Shown here piece by piece: positions 1 through 14,210 of a stretch of DNA of 64,000 nucleotides. The translations under genes were made by a program, and so were the position numbers. The notes under the pieces were generated by a model. That model had not been told where the DNA came from, made no database searches, and was given only the letters and a program-made list of their open reading frames with translations. Origin of the DNA: Eledone cirrhosa (lineage: Eukaryota); contig OZ024746.1 of the NCBI GenBank assembly GCA_964016885.1, positions 4,588,001 through 4,652,000 on the forward strand, read 5' to 3'. Every line of letters starts with the position of its first letter. Positions within the stretch are counted from its first letter, which is position 1.

Positions 1-713
1 AAGTATTAGTGGAATTAGTAATACTTCCGTAGTCGCATTATTGACGTGAAAACGCTTCAATCGTTAATCTAGGAATCAAAATTGTGTCGCAATTCGATTA
101 ATGGTTTAATAATACAATTATATTTTTGTAATCTAAGATTCATTTCTTCTTTCAAGATGGCGGATTAAAAATATAACTTCAAACGTGATAATGTTTTCAG
201 GATTTCTGAAGATTTATCGAATATATTGTGTGAAGATCAAAATGTTGTGATTTGGGTATATCTATATAAATACATGGTTTCATTGTACTTTAGATACAGG
301 TCATGTCTGATTTAGCAGACCTATGATCAAGGGCGGTCCAACAGTAACCATCATGTCTTTCTCTTTAAGACACAGTATATCTAGGTTTATAGTATCCAAT
401 GTTTTAATGGGTAAGGTGTAATTAGAGGGAGACTCGTTTGGTAGTGTTGTCATGTAATAGGATCATAGTTGGCATGGTAGCGTTGGTTAGCCTCCATTTC
501 ATAGTTTTCTTCTACTCACCACATACCTAATAGCGACTAGAACGAGCTTATGGGATTGTATGTATGTGTGTGTACACACATACATACATACACACAAACA
601 CACATACATACATACACACAAACACACATACATACATACATACACACAAATACACACACATACACACACACACACATATAAATATACTAAGTTAAAGTAT
701 CATACCGTTATAT

Positions 714-998
<285 letters not shown>

Positions 999-1010
999 AT
1001 ATATATGTGT

Positions 1011-1065
<55 letters not shown>

Positions 1066-1078
1066 TGTGTGTGGGTAT

Positions 1079-1123
<45 letters not shown>

Positions 1124-1132
1124 TGTGTGTGG

Positions 1133-1258
<126 letters not shown>

Positions 1259-1389
1259 ATCTACACATACACTGAAACAAAACAAATTCCTACCATGGAC
1301 TGAACATAAAAGAATCAAATTCCCATTGTCACTCTCTACGTCTCCCTCTCTCTCCATCTCTCACTATTATAAGATAAATGGGGGGGGGG

Positions 1390-1610
1390 TCCAGGTGCTG
1401 ACTACCACGTGGTCCGACAATAGAGAAGGCGTTTCCTCGGAAGATAGTGAAGGAGACGCACTGGAAGAGCCATTCCAGCTCGCAAGGCTCATACCTGCGG
1501 GTAGCCAACTCTTTGCCGATGGTTGTGAGCAAGAAAGTGGTCCTAGGATCAAGTATACCAGTTGTCTCCACTGCTGCGGCCTCGACTGTCGGAGAGCGAC
1601 CGATATTTTA
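1390..1610 (-). pseudogene. 3' fragment of a CRE-like (restriction-like endonuclease) non-LTR retrotransposon
   Basis: Translates KYRSLSD/AVETTGILDP...IGKELATRRYEPCELEWLFQCVSFTIFRGNAFSI, matching the RLE C-terminal pattern KY..(P)VAVET.G...FQRISLA..RGNA; frameshifted. Confidence 0.75.
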
Positions 1611-1699
1611 AATGTTTTGTACTTTTCCAAAATATGGCTCGAAAAATAGAAACACAAATCTTTTAATTTTTTAAGCTTCACTTTAAATTATGGTTTTCT

Positions 1700-2500
1700 C
1701 AATTTTACTTTTTAACAATTTAATCAAGGGGTTGGTTCGGTTGTGCTTCAGATTAGGAGAAAGGCAAATAAGTGCAGCTTATTAGATTATTGTGAATTGT
1801 TAGACAGTGTAGTCTTTTCTTAAATCTGTTAAACTACTAATTTTTGCAACACCTAAAATACAGAACCAAAAGGAGTATAAATAAAATATTGGAAGTAAAT
1901 GGTTTAGAAATACATTTCCTGTCTAAAATCTCGTAGCAGTTGAAAGAAATATTGGTTTGACTCGTTATGGGTTTTACAGGTGTCATATAAATGAAAACTA
2001 TACCTATTTTAGGAACACATGAAATCAAAAAATCGAATTTAGCCAATCCTATGAAAACAGTTTTATTGCTTCAATATATCAAATCTAAATCCAACAACAC
2101 TCTTAGGCTTGAAAGAAGTATTGCCATGTTTATGAACCGCCATTGTGCATTAATACGAAAATTGTTGTGGGTAACTCTAATATAATTTAACAAAACATAA
2201 AATAGAATTATCGCTACATAACTTTATCTGTTAGAACTAGGTAAATGTGATATCAACAATACTGTGAAAGCTTTAATGTCTGAATTAATGAGGAAAATAG
2301 AATATAAAGAAACTTTTATTCATCCATTTGGATATAGCTAGTACCATTGTCGGAATTATCAAAAGATTCTAGCTGAAATTTCTGCTATTATTTTAATTCA
2401 ATAAGTATGTCATTCAGTTCAGTTAGTAGTGGGTCATGTTTCTGTTGAATGTCTACCTAGAAATATGGAATGTCTTATATCAGAAACACAAAAACGGTTT
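1700..2500 (-). pseudogene. heavily decayed LINE RT 3' region (I/Jockey-group-like)
   Basis: Scattered peptides IYMTPVKPI (cf. LYK..IRP.) and NPLI; a similar NPLV remnant lies near 14240-14800; many stops. Confidence 0.3.
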
Positions 2501-2846
2501 TCTCACCCTATTTTGACAGATAGCTTATAAAAAAAACCTATATTATTCAATTCATGATGAAAACCCTATAGAAAATATCTAGATACTTAACTATTGAACC
2601 ATCTGTGAGGAGATGAAAAAATAATGCCTTGAATTAACCGTTTAGCATTTACATTATTTTATACTTACTATTGTATTTTCACAGTAAAGGCTTTATCTTA
2701 CATAATTATCTCACATAATATCGAAGCTACGAGATTTTGACGTCATTATTTTGAGAACAATACCTTAATGGAGGTATGAGCAGCCAGTTACAACTCCTAA
2801 TAATATATTCTTTGAAAAGGATTCTGTATTATAAGTAAAACTCCTT

Positions 2847-4105
2847 TAAAATATAGCATTTCCCACAGCTATATTAAAATATAGCATTTCCCACAGCTAT
2901 ATTAAAATAAAGCATTTCCCACAGCTATATTAAAATAAAGCATTTCCCACAGCTATATTAAAATAAAGCCCTTCCCACAGCTATATTAAAATAAAGCCCT
3001 TCCCACAGCTATATTAAAATAAAGCATTTCCCACAGCTATATTAAAATAAAGCATTTCCCACAGCTATATTAAAATAAAGCATTTCCCACAGCTATATTA
3101 AAATAAAGCATTTCCCACAGCTATATTAAAATAAAGCATTTCCCACAGCTATATTAAAATAAAGCCCTTCCCACAGCTATATTAAAATAAAGCCCTTCCC
3201 ACAGCTATATTAAAATAAAGCATTTCCCACAGCTATATTAAAATAAAGCATTTCCCACAGCTATATTAAAATAAAGCATTTCCCACAGCTATATTAAAAT
3301 AAAGCATTTCCCACATCTATATTAAAATAAAGCATTTCCCACAGCTATATTAAAATAAAGCCCTTCCTACAGCTATATTAAAATAAAGCATTTCCCAAAG
3401 CTATATTAAAATAAAACATTTCCCACAGCTATATTAAAATAAAGCATTTCCCACAGCTATATTAAAATAAAACATTTCACACAGCTATATTAAAATAAAG
3501 CCCTTCCCACAGCTATATTAAAATAAAGCATTTCCCACAGCTATATTAAAATAAAGCATTTCCCACAGCTATATTAAAATAAAGCATTTCCCACAGCTAT
3601 ATTAAAATAAAGCCCTTCCTACAGCTATATTAAAATAAAGCATTTCCCAAAGCTATATTAAAATAAAACATTTCACACAGCTATATTAAAATAAAGCCCT
3701 TCCCACAGCTATATTAAAATAAAACATTTCCCACAGCTATATTAAAATAAAACATTTCCCACAGCTATAATAAAATAAAGCATTTCCCACAGCTATATAA
3801 AAATAAAGCATTTCCCACAGCTATATTAAAATAAAACATTTCACACAGCTATATTAAAATAAAGCCCTTCCCACAGCTATATTAAAATAAAACATTTCCC
3901 ACAGCTATATTAAAATAAAACATTTCCCACAGCTATAATAAAATAAAGCATTTCCCACAGCTATATTAAAATAAAGCATTTCCCACAGCTATATTAAAAT
4001 AAAACATTTCACACAGCTATATTAAAATAAAGCCCTTCCCACAGCTATAATAAAATAAAACATTTCCCACAGCTATAATAAAATAAAGCATTTCCCACAG
4101 CTATA
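2847..4105. repeat. 28-bp tandem repeat, about 45 copies (TAAAATAAAGCATTTCCCACAGCTATAT)
   Basis: Period 28 read directly (AGCATTTCCC at 2883 and 2911); few variants; no spacers. Confidence 0.97.
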
Positions 4106-4170
4106 GTTCTAGATAAATAAGTATATTTTCAGTAATTTTAGCTTATATACAACATTATATCTAGATATAG

Positions 4171-4557
4171 TAATTGTTTCTACTTTTGGCACAAGGCCAT
4201 CAATTACCCAGTGCATTACTGGTACTTTATTTTATCGACCCCGTAAGGATGAAAGGCAAAGTTAACCTCGGCGGGATTTGAACTCAGAATGGCAAGGGCC
4301 GTAACTCAGAATGGCATGGCGTCCGACCCTCTACCGATACTGCCAATCCACCGCCATTATTATAGCGGTGGATTGGCAGTATCGGTAGAGGGTCGGACGC
4401 CATGCTTTGACGTATAGAGTTACGGCCCTTGCTATTCTGAGTTCAAATCCCGCCGAGGTTAACTTTGCCTTTCATCCTCACGGGGTCGATAAAATAAAGT
4501 ACCAGTAATGCACTGGGTAATTGCTGGCCTTGTGTACCAAAAAGTAGAAACAATTAC
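4171..4557. mobile_element. two family-A SINEs head-to-head (minus 4171-4355, plus 4365-4557)
   Basis: Both copies full length and mutually inverted, separated by about 9 bp. Confidence 0.93.
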
Positions 4558-4864
4558 TATATCTAGATATAATACTGAATTATAATTTGGCAGATCTATC
4601 CACATGTAGTGGCGTGTAGATGTAGACATTATTTCTTTATAAATAGTAAAGGAGTTGTATGCACGAACACCAAACATTTCAACTAATAACCAACTTCTTA
4701 CAAGCTGCCTCAATCAATTTATTTAAAGTTATCATAAATACAACAATATTGTTACTGTTAAGTGAGCAAATGGTGAGGTCGCTGACGTCCTCGGTGATGA
4801 CTAAATACACACAATTGCACATATACATGCACACACACATACACACAGATATATATATACAATG

Positions 4865-4920
<56 letters not shown>

Positions 4921-5315
4921 ATAGATGAAGGAAGAAATATAATAATGCCATGCTTATATTATAGAGACTACTTACAATTATTGTTTGCGTTCTTTTGGGA
5001 ATACATAATAGCATAATATAGTAATATTCAGCCAAAATATCATTAAATGTAGAAAATCCATCGATTTTGAGGAACTGTGTATATATATATATATAAGTAT
5101 GTACATATATATACATACATATATATTTATATACAAATATATATTTATATACATATATATATTTATATATTTAACTACATATATTTATATTTATATACTT
5201 ATATATATATTTATAAACGTATATATATTTAAATACATATATATATATATATTCAACCATATATATTTAAATATATATATATATATATATATATACAGTT
5301 CATCAAAATCGATGG

Positions 5316-5360
<45 letters not shown>

Positions 5361-5718
5361 TACATATACATATACATATATATGTGCGTTCAAAATCTAT
5401 TTCAAGAACTTTTTAGACAGTAAACCATTTGTCATAGAAATATCACCAAATAAGATATATATGGTGTTGTTGCCATCAGCAATAATAAAATGATTCATAA
5501 TATCTTGATTAAACCAATATTCTAAAGACAAGATGTTAGTAAAATTATCAATCAATCAGACAAGCTACCATTTTACGTGGGTAGTGGGATATAAAGTATG
5601 CAGTACCTGATCAAATACAATAGTTCTGAACATCTGTGTTCAAATCTGGGATCGATTTGGCTTTCAATCATATCGGACGAGTAGTTGTTGTAGTTATTAA
5701 TTTCGTCGTTGTTGTTGC

Positions 5719-5749
<31 letters not shown>

Positions 5750-5751
<2 letters not shown>

Positions 5752-6537
5752 AGTTGCATTTATCTTGCTTTATGTTCATACGAGTTATCACCAAGTCACA
5801 ACCAGTGACCTCAAGAGACAACAAGGTCCGCCATGTTCAAGAAAGAACATACATACACACACATGCATCTTTAGGTGTTTAGACTTGTGATGTACTTATA
5901 TTGACAGAATCTTCCTTAGTATATGGGCAGTTCCCATTAGTACTATCTTTTGTATTTCTCCTATACGCGGGTTTCCTGGGATTTGCGATAAGTAATCATT
6001 AGACCCCTTATGTATCATTCCTAGAGCGCCTACAACCACTAGTATTGTTTTAGTTCTCAATTTCCACATTTTTCCAAGTTCTATCTCCACGTCCTTATAC
6101 TTGCGCAATTTTTCAAATGTTTTTATAGATACATTCTTGTCTATTGGAACAGACATATCAATTAGCAGGCATACCCTCTTTTTAAAGTCCTTCAGTATTA
6201 TATCAGGTCTATTTGCATCTATTTTTCGGTCTGTTTGGATGCTAAAGTTCCACAAGATTGAGATGTGATCTTTTTCAGGTACGGGAGGTGGTTGATGCTC
6301 CCACCAATTCTTTTGATGGGGCAGGTCAAAATGCTTACACATTATCCAATGTATGTATTGTGCAGCTCTGTCGTGCTTGTTTAGGTATTCGGTTGGAGCT
6401 ATAGGACTGCACATTGAAATTATATGATCAATGGTCTCTGGTTGTTTTTTACATACATGGCATAATGGGTTGCATCCATTTTTTATTGTGTTGGCTTGGT
6501 AATTTTTTGTTGGCAGACACTGATCTTGTGCCGATAT
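5750..6537 (-). mobile_element. 5'-truncated R4/Dong-clade non-LTR retrotransposon inserted in a (TAA)n tract
   Basis: RLE-encoding frame plus about 145-bp 3' UTR ending directly in (TAA)n at 5749-5722; (TTA)n also lies at the 5' junction (6545-6563); Dong elements are known to target (TAA)n. Confidence 0.9.
5896..6537 (-). CDS. C-terminal CCHC zinc knuckle plus restriction-like endonuclease of an R4/Dong ORF (truncated, no true start)
   Basis: Open frame ISAQDQCLPTKNY..CHVCKKQPETIDHIISMC..KHD..ILWNFSIQTDRKIDANRPDII..LIDMSVP..EKLRKYKD..VVVGALG..QKIVLMGTAHILRKIL*. Confidence 0.9.
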   Translation of the reverse strand: MSAQDQCLPTKNYQANTIKNGCNPLCHVCKKQPETIDHIISMCSPIAPTEYLNKHDRAAQYIHWIMCKHFDLPHQKNWWEHQPPPVPEKDHISILWNFSIQTDRKIDANRPDIILKDFKKRVCLLIDMSVPIDKNVSIKTFEKLRKYKDVEIELGKMWKLRTKTILVVVGALGMIHKGSNDYLSQIPGNPRIGEIQKIVLMGTAHILRKILSI

Positions 6538-6569
6538 ATATATATTATTATTATTATTATTATTTAAAA

Positions 6570-7595
6570 GGGCGGTGGATTGGCAGTATCGGTAGAGGGT
6601 CGGACGCCATGCTTTCCAGCATAGTTATGTCCCTTTACGATCTGAGTTCAAATCCCGCCGAGGTTGACTTTGCCTTTCATCCTTACGGGGTCGGTAAAAT
6701 AAAGTACCAGTAATGCACTGGGTAATTGCTGGCCTTGTGCCTAAAGTAGAAACAATTATTATTATTATTATTATTATTATTATCGGTAGAGGGTCGCACG
6801 CCATGCTTTGCAGCACAGTTACGTCCCTTTACGGACTGAGTTCAAATCCCGCCGAGGTTAACTTTGCCTTTCATCCTTACGGAGTCGATAAAATAAAGTA
6901 CCAGTAATGTACTGATTTAATTGCTGGCCTTGTGCTAAAAGTAGAAACAATTATTATTATTATTATTTAGGATAGTGGATTAGCAGTGTTGTTAGAGCCT
7001 CGGTCCCACATGCTTTGCAGCATAGAGTTATGGCCATTTACGTTCTGAGTTCAAATCTTGCCGAGGTTAACTTTGCCTTTTATCCTTACGGGGTCGATAA
7101 AATAAAGTACCAGTAATACACTGGTGTCGATTTAATCAACTTTCCCCTTCCCCCAAAATGTTGGCCTTGTGCCTAAATCAGGATCAATTATTGGTCGGTG
7201 TTGGACTGGAAGAGTTTGTATGACGTTGGAGAAACTCTGCGGTATTTGTTCCAGTTCTTTCCGTTCTCATTTTAAATCCTGCGAAAATCTACTTTTTCCC
7301 TTCATCCTTTCGATAAAATAAAATACCAGTCAAGGACTGAGCTTGATGGAATCCTATTTCCCCTCCCCTCAAGGCTTTGCGCCTAAATTAGAAACCATTA
7401 TTATTTGTTGGCAGTATCGGTAGAGGGTCGGACGCCATGCTTTGACGCATAGAGTTACGGCCCTTGCCATTCTGGGTTCAAATCCCGCCGAGGTTAACTT
7501 TGCCTTTCATCCTTACGGGATCGATAAAATAAAGTACCAGTAATACACTGGGATAATTGCTGGCCTTGTGCCAAAAGTAGAAACAATTATCATTA
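6570..7595 (+). mobile_element. tandem stack of 5 family-A SINE copies joined through (ATT)n tails
   Basis: Copies at about 6570, 6782, 6970, 7193 (old) and 7408, all on the same strand. Confidence 0.9.
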
Positions 7596-8286
7596 TTTTA
7601 GATGTTGCTTAGTCCTCTATCAACTCTGAATGAACAGATCGATAACTCTGAATGAACAGATCGATAATGAAAGATTTTCAGTCATTACCACCCCATCCTT
7701 CCCCCATATTCTCGCAGACATTGCGTGATGTGTCACCTTTTTTTTTTTTTTTCAAGACAGTAAAGTGTTATTTGAGGAAGAGTTGGTTGCTATTTCTAGC
7801 AGGTAAAGTAATGAGGTAAAGGCCACCGAAACAGACCAGCCTTTCTAGTAACATGTCTCAATAAATTACAGGAATGCAGGTGATATTATAAGCCATACCT
7901 CAGTCATCTGTGCCACTCATAAACCTTGTAAAAGCTAAAGTGTAAATTGACGAGAAGCCTTTACTCTACTCAGAATCTATAACTTTATTCTGGATAAGAT
8001 CAATATTATAATTGTTTAGGGATTGCTAAAAACAGATGATGGGGTAGTTAATGTGAGGAAATAGTACGGAAATATCACACAGCAGATAAGCAGCGATAAC
8101 AGCAAGTACTTTTTTTTTTCATGTTACTAATGCATATCTCATAATGAATATCCAATAATGCATTTGCAACAACCAAGTTAGTACAAACGTTCGATCAACT
8201 TGATTGCACTTCGGGGATATCTTAGATATTACGTAAATCCATAAAAGTATTAACCCCAGGAGATTAATAGTTCTATCGTAACTGAA

Positions 8287-8325
<39 letters not shown>

Positions 8326-8327
8326 AA

Positions 8328-8515
8328 AGGCGGTGGATTGGCAGTATCGGTAGAGGGTCGGACGCCATGCTTTGACGCATAGAGTTACGGCCCTTGCCAT
8401 TCTGAGTTCAAATCTCGCCGAGGTTAACTTTGCCTTTCATCCTTACGGGGTCGATAGAATAAAGTACCAGTAATACACTGGGTAATTGCTGGCCTTGTGC
8501 CTAAAGTAGAAACAA

Positions 8516-8553
<38 letters not shown>

Positions 8554-8860
8554 AAGGCGGTGGATTGGCAGTATCGGCAGAGGGTCGGACGCCGTGCTTT
8601 GACGCATAGAGTTGCTGCCCTTGCCATTCTGAGTTCAAATCTCGTTGAAGTTGGCTTTGCGCCTTTCATCATTACGGGGTCGATAAAATAGAGACCAGTA
8701 ATGCACTAGGGTCGATATAATCGACTTTCCCCTCCCCCAAAATTGCTGACCTTGTGCCTATATAAGAAATCATTATTAAATACGGGGTCGATAAAATAAA
8801 GTACCAGTAATGTACTGGGTAATTGCTGGCCTTGTGCCAAAAGTAGAAACAATTATTATT
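8328..8860 (+). mobile_element. tandem stack of 3 family-A SINE copies in (ATT)n
   Basis: Copies at about 8328, 8555 and a 5'-truncated one at 8781. Confidence 0.9.
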
Positions 8861-9419
8861 TTGTTCGTTCGTTTACAGACACGTATTGCAGATCACCCTT
8901 GTAAGTTTATTGTTATTCCATTGTTATCCAACACATTTTGTTGGACATTTCATATTGTTCTATCGCTAAACTAACCAGTATCTTCGGAATTTAGTTAGTT
9001 TTTCTCTACCTTTAGCCCTTAGGGAATAAACCTGTGTTTACTTGCCAAACACGCCCTTCAATTTATTAAAATCAAGATGGTAGAATTATGGGTCCCTCCC
9101 ATGTGTTGAGCGGCGGATGGTCCGCAAGACAGAACAGCCAGCTGTCCAACAACAGCAGCAGCAACAACCAAAACCAAAAATTGCGTGCAGCAGGATGTAT
9201 GCATGAACTTGATTTCCCGCCACTGCCAAAGTTTGCAATTGTGAGGGCCGCTGTCGCCACCTCCATAACAATAAACACAGCTAAGACCAACAACTCTACC
9301 ACTACCATCACATCCACCACCACTAACAGCAACACCAACACCACAAAAATATAACAAACAATGAAAAGGAAACTAACAAAAACAATGACGATATCAATAG
9401 CAGCAACAGCATTGATAAT

Positions 9420-9635
9420 GGTTTCTTATATAGGCACAAGGCCAGTAATTTGAGGGGAGGGGGAAAAGTCGATTAAATCGACCCCAGTGCGTGACTGGTA
9501 CTTTATTTTATCGACCCCATAAGGATGAAAGGCAAAGTTAACTTCGGCAGGATTTGAATTCAGATCAGAAAGAGTCGTAACTCTGCTGCAAAGCATGGCG
9601 TCCGACCCTCTACCGATATTGCCAATCCACCGCCC
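9420..9635 (-). mobile_element. family-A SINE (long variant) with target-site duplication
   Basis: Flanked by GCAACAGCATT(G/A)ATAAT on both sides. Confidence 0.9.
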
Positions 9636-10451
9636 TGGCAACAGCATTAATAATAATAAGCATAGAGATACAAGACCCTTGGAAGTCAGGCGTACCTGGA
9701 GGAAATACTGTTGGGGGATATTTTTAGTGATCCTCTCACATATTTAACCTGATAAAAATTAAAAATAAACATCCCTGACCTAATTCACCTTCAGAGTGGC
9801 GTGGCTGTCAACGGGGTCGGCGAGGACACCAAGCTACGTTGTCATATGTGCGGAGCGACAAACACCCTGAGAGATGTTTTGTTTCAACAGAAGATGGGGA
9901 ATCACAGGACCCCCTGCTGTCGTCACCAGGACCTCAAAAGCCACACCAACCTCGGTAGCAGAAGTAACATCAACACCAAAACCAACAACCACAGCAGCAG
10001 CACCAACATCAGAAACAACAGCAACATCAACTACACACCAACAACAACAGTAGCAGAATCACTACCACAACAAGCACCGCCAACGGACAGCGGCAAAACC
10101 GCAAAGGGAGTCTTCCAACGAAGCTCTGCTTCTTTCTCTCTCTCCTATCTATCTCCTTTAAGTACATATTCACACATAGACACACTCTCACCCATATCAG
10201 AGATATCACCTCATGTCGAAGTGAATATGAGGGGAACCCCAAAACCAAAAACAGAAAAGAGGGCACAGGCAAAACCCATGATCTTGCTTTAAACCAGCAA
10301 CCACCAGAAAACACAGAAACACGCCCACAACAACTACAGACGCACCAACAACACCAAACCCACCAACACAACCACCACTACCAATACTACGCCACCAGCA
10401 TTACCACAATCACAACTACCCACAATCAGAAAACACACACGAAGCAACCGT

Positions 10452-10552
<101 letters not shown>

Positions 10553-10619
10553 AATATATATATATATATTTATATACATACATATATATATATATATATA
10601 TGTGTGTATATATATATGT

Positions 10620-11226
10620 CAGGTCACCAGTTGGTGCTACCGGTAACATGTATCCCAGTACAACCTGTCCCATGGTCGGGTCGTTGGCGACTAAACTGGC
10701 AACCCCACCAAGGTTTCTTGGTGAGGAGGGTGACTTTGGACATCCTGCAGGACTAAAAACAAAACCTGTCAAAGGGCAAAGGAGCTCTTAAAAGTCAATG
10801 GCCATCCAAAATCACCGGGAGAGATGACCCCTTAGCCTTTGTCAAGGCAGAATTCTAGGAGTAGGAAAACTCTGATATAACACCTGCAACCCTGATGGTA
10901 TCCAATGATGTTGACTTGTTCTTCTTTTTGGTAAATATCATCTTGGTTAAGAGAGTGGGACTGGCTTTGTGCAGTGCCTTTGCTCACTATAAAAGCTTCA
11001 CGGCACAGGCATTGCTTTATATCTGGAGATCTCTCTGTACTTGTCATCACATGGTACCATGGGCCCAGCACTAAGTGTCAATAATTGTCACAAGTGTAGT
11101 GTTTGTACCAGAGTTTTCAAGTCACTGGCTGGACTAAAAAGTCACAATCGTTCAGCGCTTCGGTAGGGGTTCTCCTACATGGATATCAAGTAGTGGCCGT
11201 ACTCGAAAACGAGTTGGCAGCCACCA

Positions 11227-11227
<1 letters not shown>
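10620..11227 (+). mobile_element. internally deleted RTE-like element (5' UTR-like part fused to C-terminal zinc finger and 3' end)
   Basis: [20 protein letters not shown] at about 11095-11155 resembles the RTE C-terminal C2H2-like finger; 3' end GGCCGTACTCGAAAACGAG..GCAGCCACCAT shared with 59402-59440. Confidence 0.55.
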
Positions 11228-12727
<1,500 letters not shown>

Positions 12728-13314
12728 GAAAGAGGAACAAAGAGAGGGATTCATGTTGATATCAGCAATATTAAAGTGAAACATATTTAGTGTCTATCTT
12801 TTGAAGTAGTTTCAAGTTGTATTGATGTAGTAACACGATGTTTTAAAGAAACGACGCTGCCTTCGTCTATATATGTCTACATTTCATATTTCACAACGTA
12901 AATACTGCACACTAAAATATAGTCACCAAAGATGACTGAATACAGACAAGCTAATTTCTTTGAAGAAAACACTGTATATACTACATAAATCCTGTACACT
13001 CAACTGCTGGTAACGCTTCAACAGCGAACACTGTACTCTCACAACAAACATTTTCGCATACACGCAATACAAGGTTTATAGGTTTATAGTTTGTTGTCAA
13101 TCGTTCATTTGTGCTGTTGTATCAACACAAGCAGAGGTAGTTCTGGCTACTGAACAATATTGTCGACTATTGTCGTAATCTAACACCTAGCCGATGCCGA
13201 ACAAAAGCCGGCAGTGGTCGGCAGCACTGACCACGACAAAGCACAGAACATCAAGTTCGGCGACGAAGCTACATCCTGTCACACACACACACGCACACAC
13301 ACACGCATACCCAC

Positions 13315-13348
<34 letters not shown>

Positions 13349-13365
13349 GTATATATATATATATA

Positions 13366-13590
13366 TGTTTACTAAAATAACAGATTAAAGTTTATGCAAA
13401 GAATCGCTGCTTTCACCCTTAACGGGATCTTCTGAAACATCGTTAAGGGTGAAAAGGGTGAAAGCAGCGATTCTTTGCTTAAACTTTAATCTGTTATTTT
13501 AATAAATATTTGCTCTGCGGTTCTTATATATTTGATATATAGTTATCCTTATCGAGCCCTCTTTGGATTTTAGTCTTCACATTTATTATT
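13366..13590. mobile_element. short inverted-duplicated PLE pseudo-LTR-like element with degenerate hammerhead
   Basis: Arms 13366-13424 and 13441-13508 are inverted; minus strand reads GTTT CAGAAGA T CCC GTTAA GGG T GAAA GCA..TGC(A)T AAAC; between (TA)n tracts. Confidence 0.6.
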
Positions 13591-13614
13591 ATTACTATAT
13601 ATATATATATATGT

Positions 13615-13952
13615 AGATAAATCTACCAAAATATACGGTAGTGTCCAATCCGTATGAAGAACTCAATGTAATCCAAATATCATGAAAAGAGAAGATGTAT
13701 TCAAAATTTTTTCGATGAAAAACACAGGAAAACAGAGTCAAGATAAATTAATAAAAACAATGAATAAAAACAAAAGACAGCATATATATGTGTAGGTATG
13801 TATATTCCCTCTGATAGTTTGTAAAATTTTTACATAGATCTATATGATATACATACCAACACACACATATATATCCTAGAAACGATCGTAAAATGATGAA
13901 TTTTTTAATATAAGGAACTGTTTTTTTTTGTTTTTATTCATTGTTTTTACTA

Positions 13953-13957
<5 letters not shown>
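13615..13957. mobile_element. PLE pseudo-LTR-like element with inverted end and 5'-truncated hammerhead (second copy 36755-37100)
   Basis: Homologous copies; each has an inverted TAATAAAAACAATGAATAAAAACAAA arm and GAAACGATCGTA; flanked by (TA)n. Confidence 0.6.
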
Positions 13958-14010
<53 letters not shown>

Positions 14011-14013
<3 letters not shown>

Positions 14014-14210
14014 ACTGGGTGATGTCTAAAAACATCTGACTGATAAAATGACAAGTCAGTCAATCATATTGGTGGCCTCCCACAGCCCCGGCGGACAGAA
14101 TGGAGAAGGCGTTTCCTCGGAGGACGGCAAGGGAGACGCGCTGGAAAAGCCATTCCAGCTCACTGGGCTCACACCTGCGGCTGGCCAACCCAGCGCCTGT
14201 GGTGGTGAGT
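14011..14210 (-). pseudogene. 3' end of a CRE-like RLE retrotransposon, homologous to 1390-1610
   Basis: LASRRCEPSELEWLFQRVSLAVLRGNAFSILSAG...*, then a short 3' UTR abutting (TA)n. Confidence 0.75.

Noticed and set aside
24-165. ETS-like ACTTCCG, TGACGT and YY1-like CAAGATGGCGG motifs suggesting a promoter
   Set aside because: Short motifs only; the ATG is followed by a stop after 3 codons and no exon is identifiable in the window
2847-4105. CRISPR-like array (28-bp repeats; also the 36-bp array at 45394)
   Set aside because: No unique spacers, no cas genes, eukaryotic context
9801-10292. ORF with CHMCGATNTLRD resembling a zinc knuckle
   Set aside because: Second His/Cys pair absent; the remainder is (CAA)-rich low complexity
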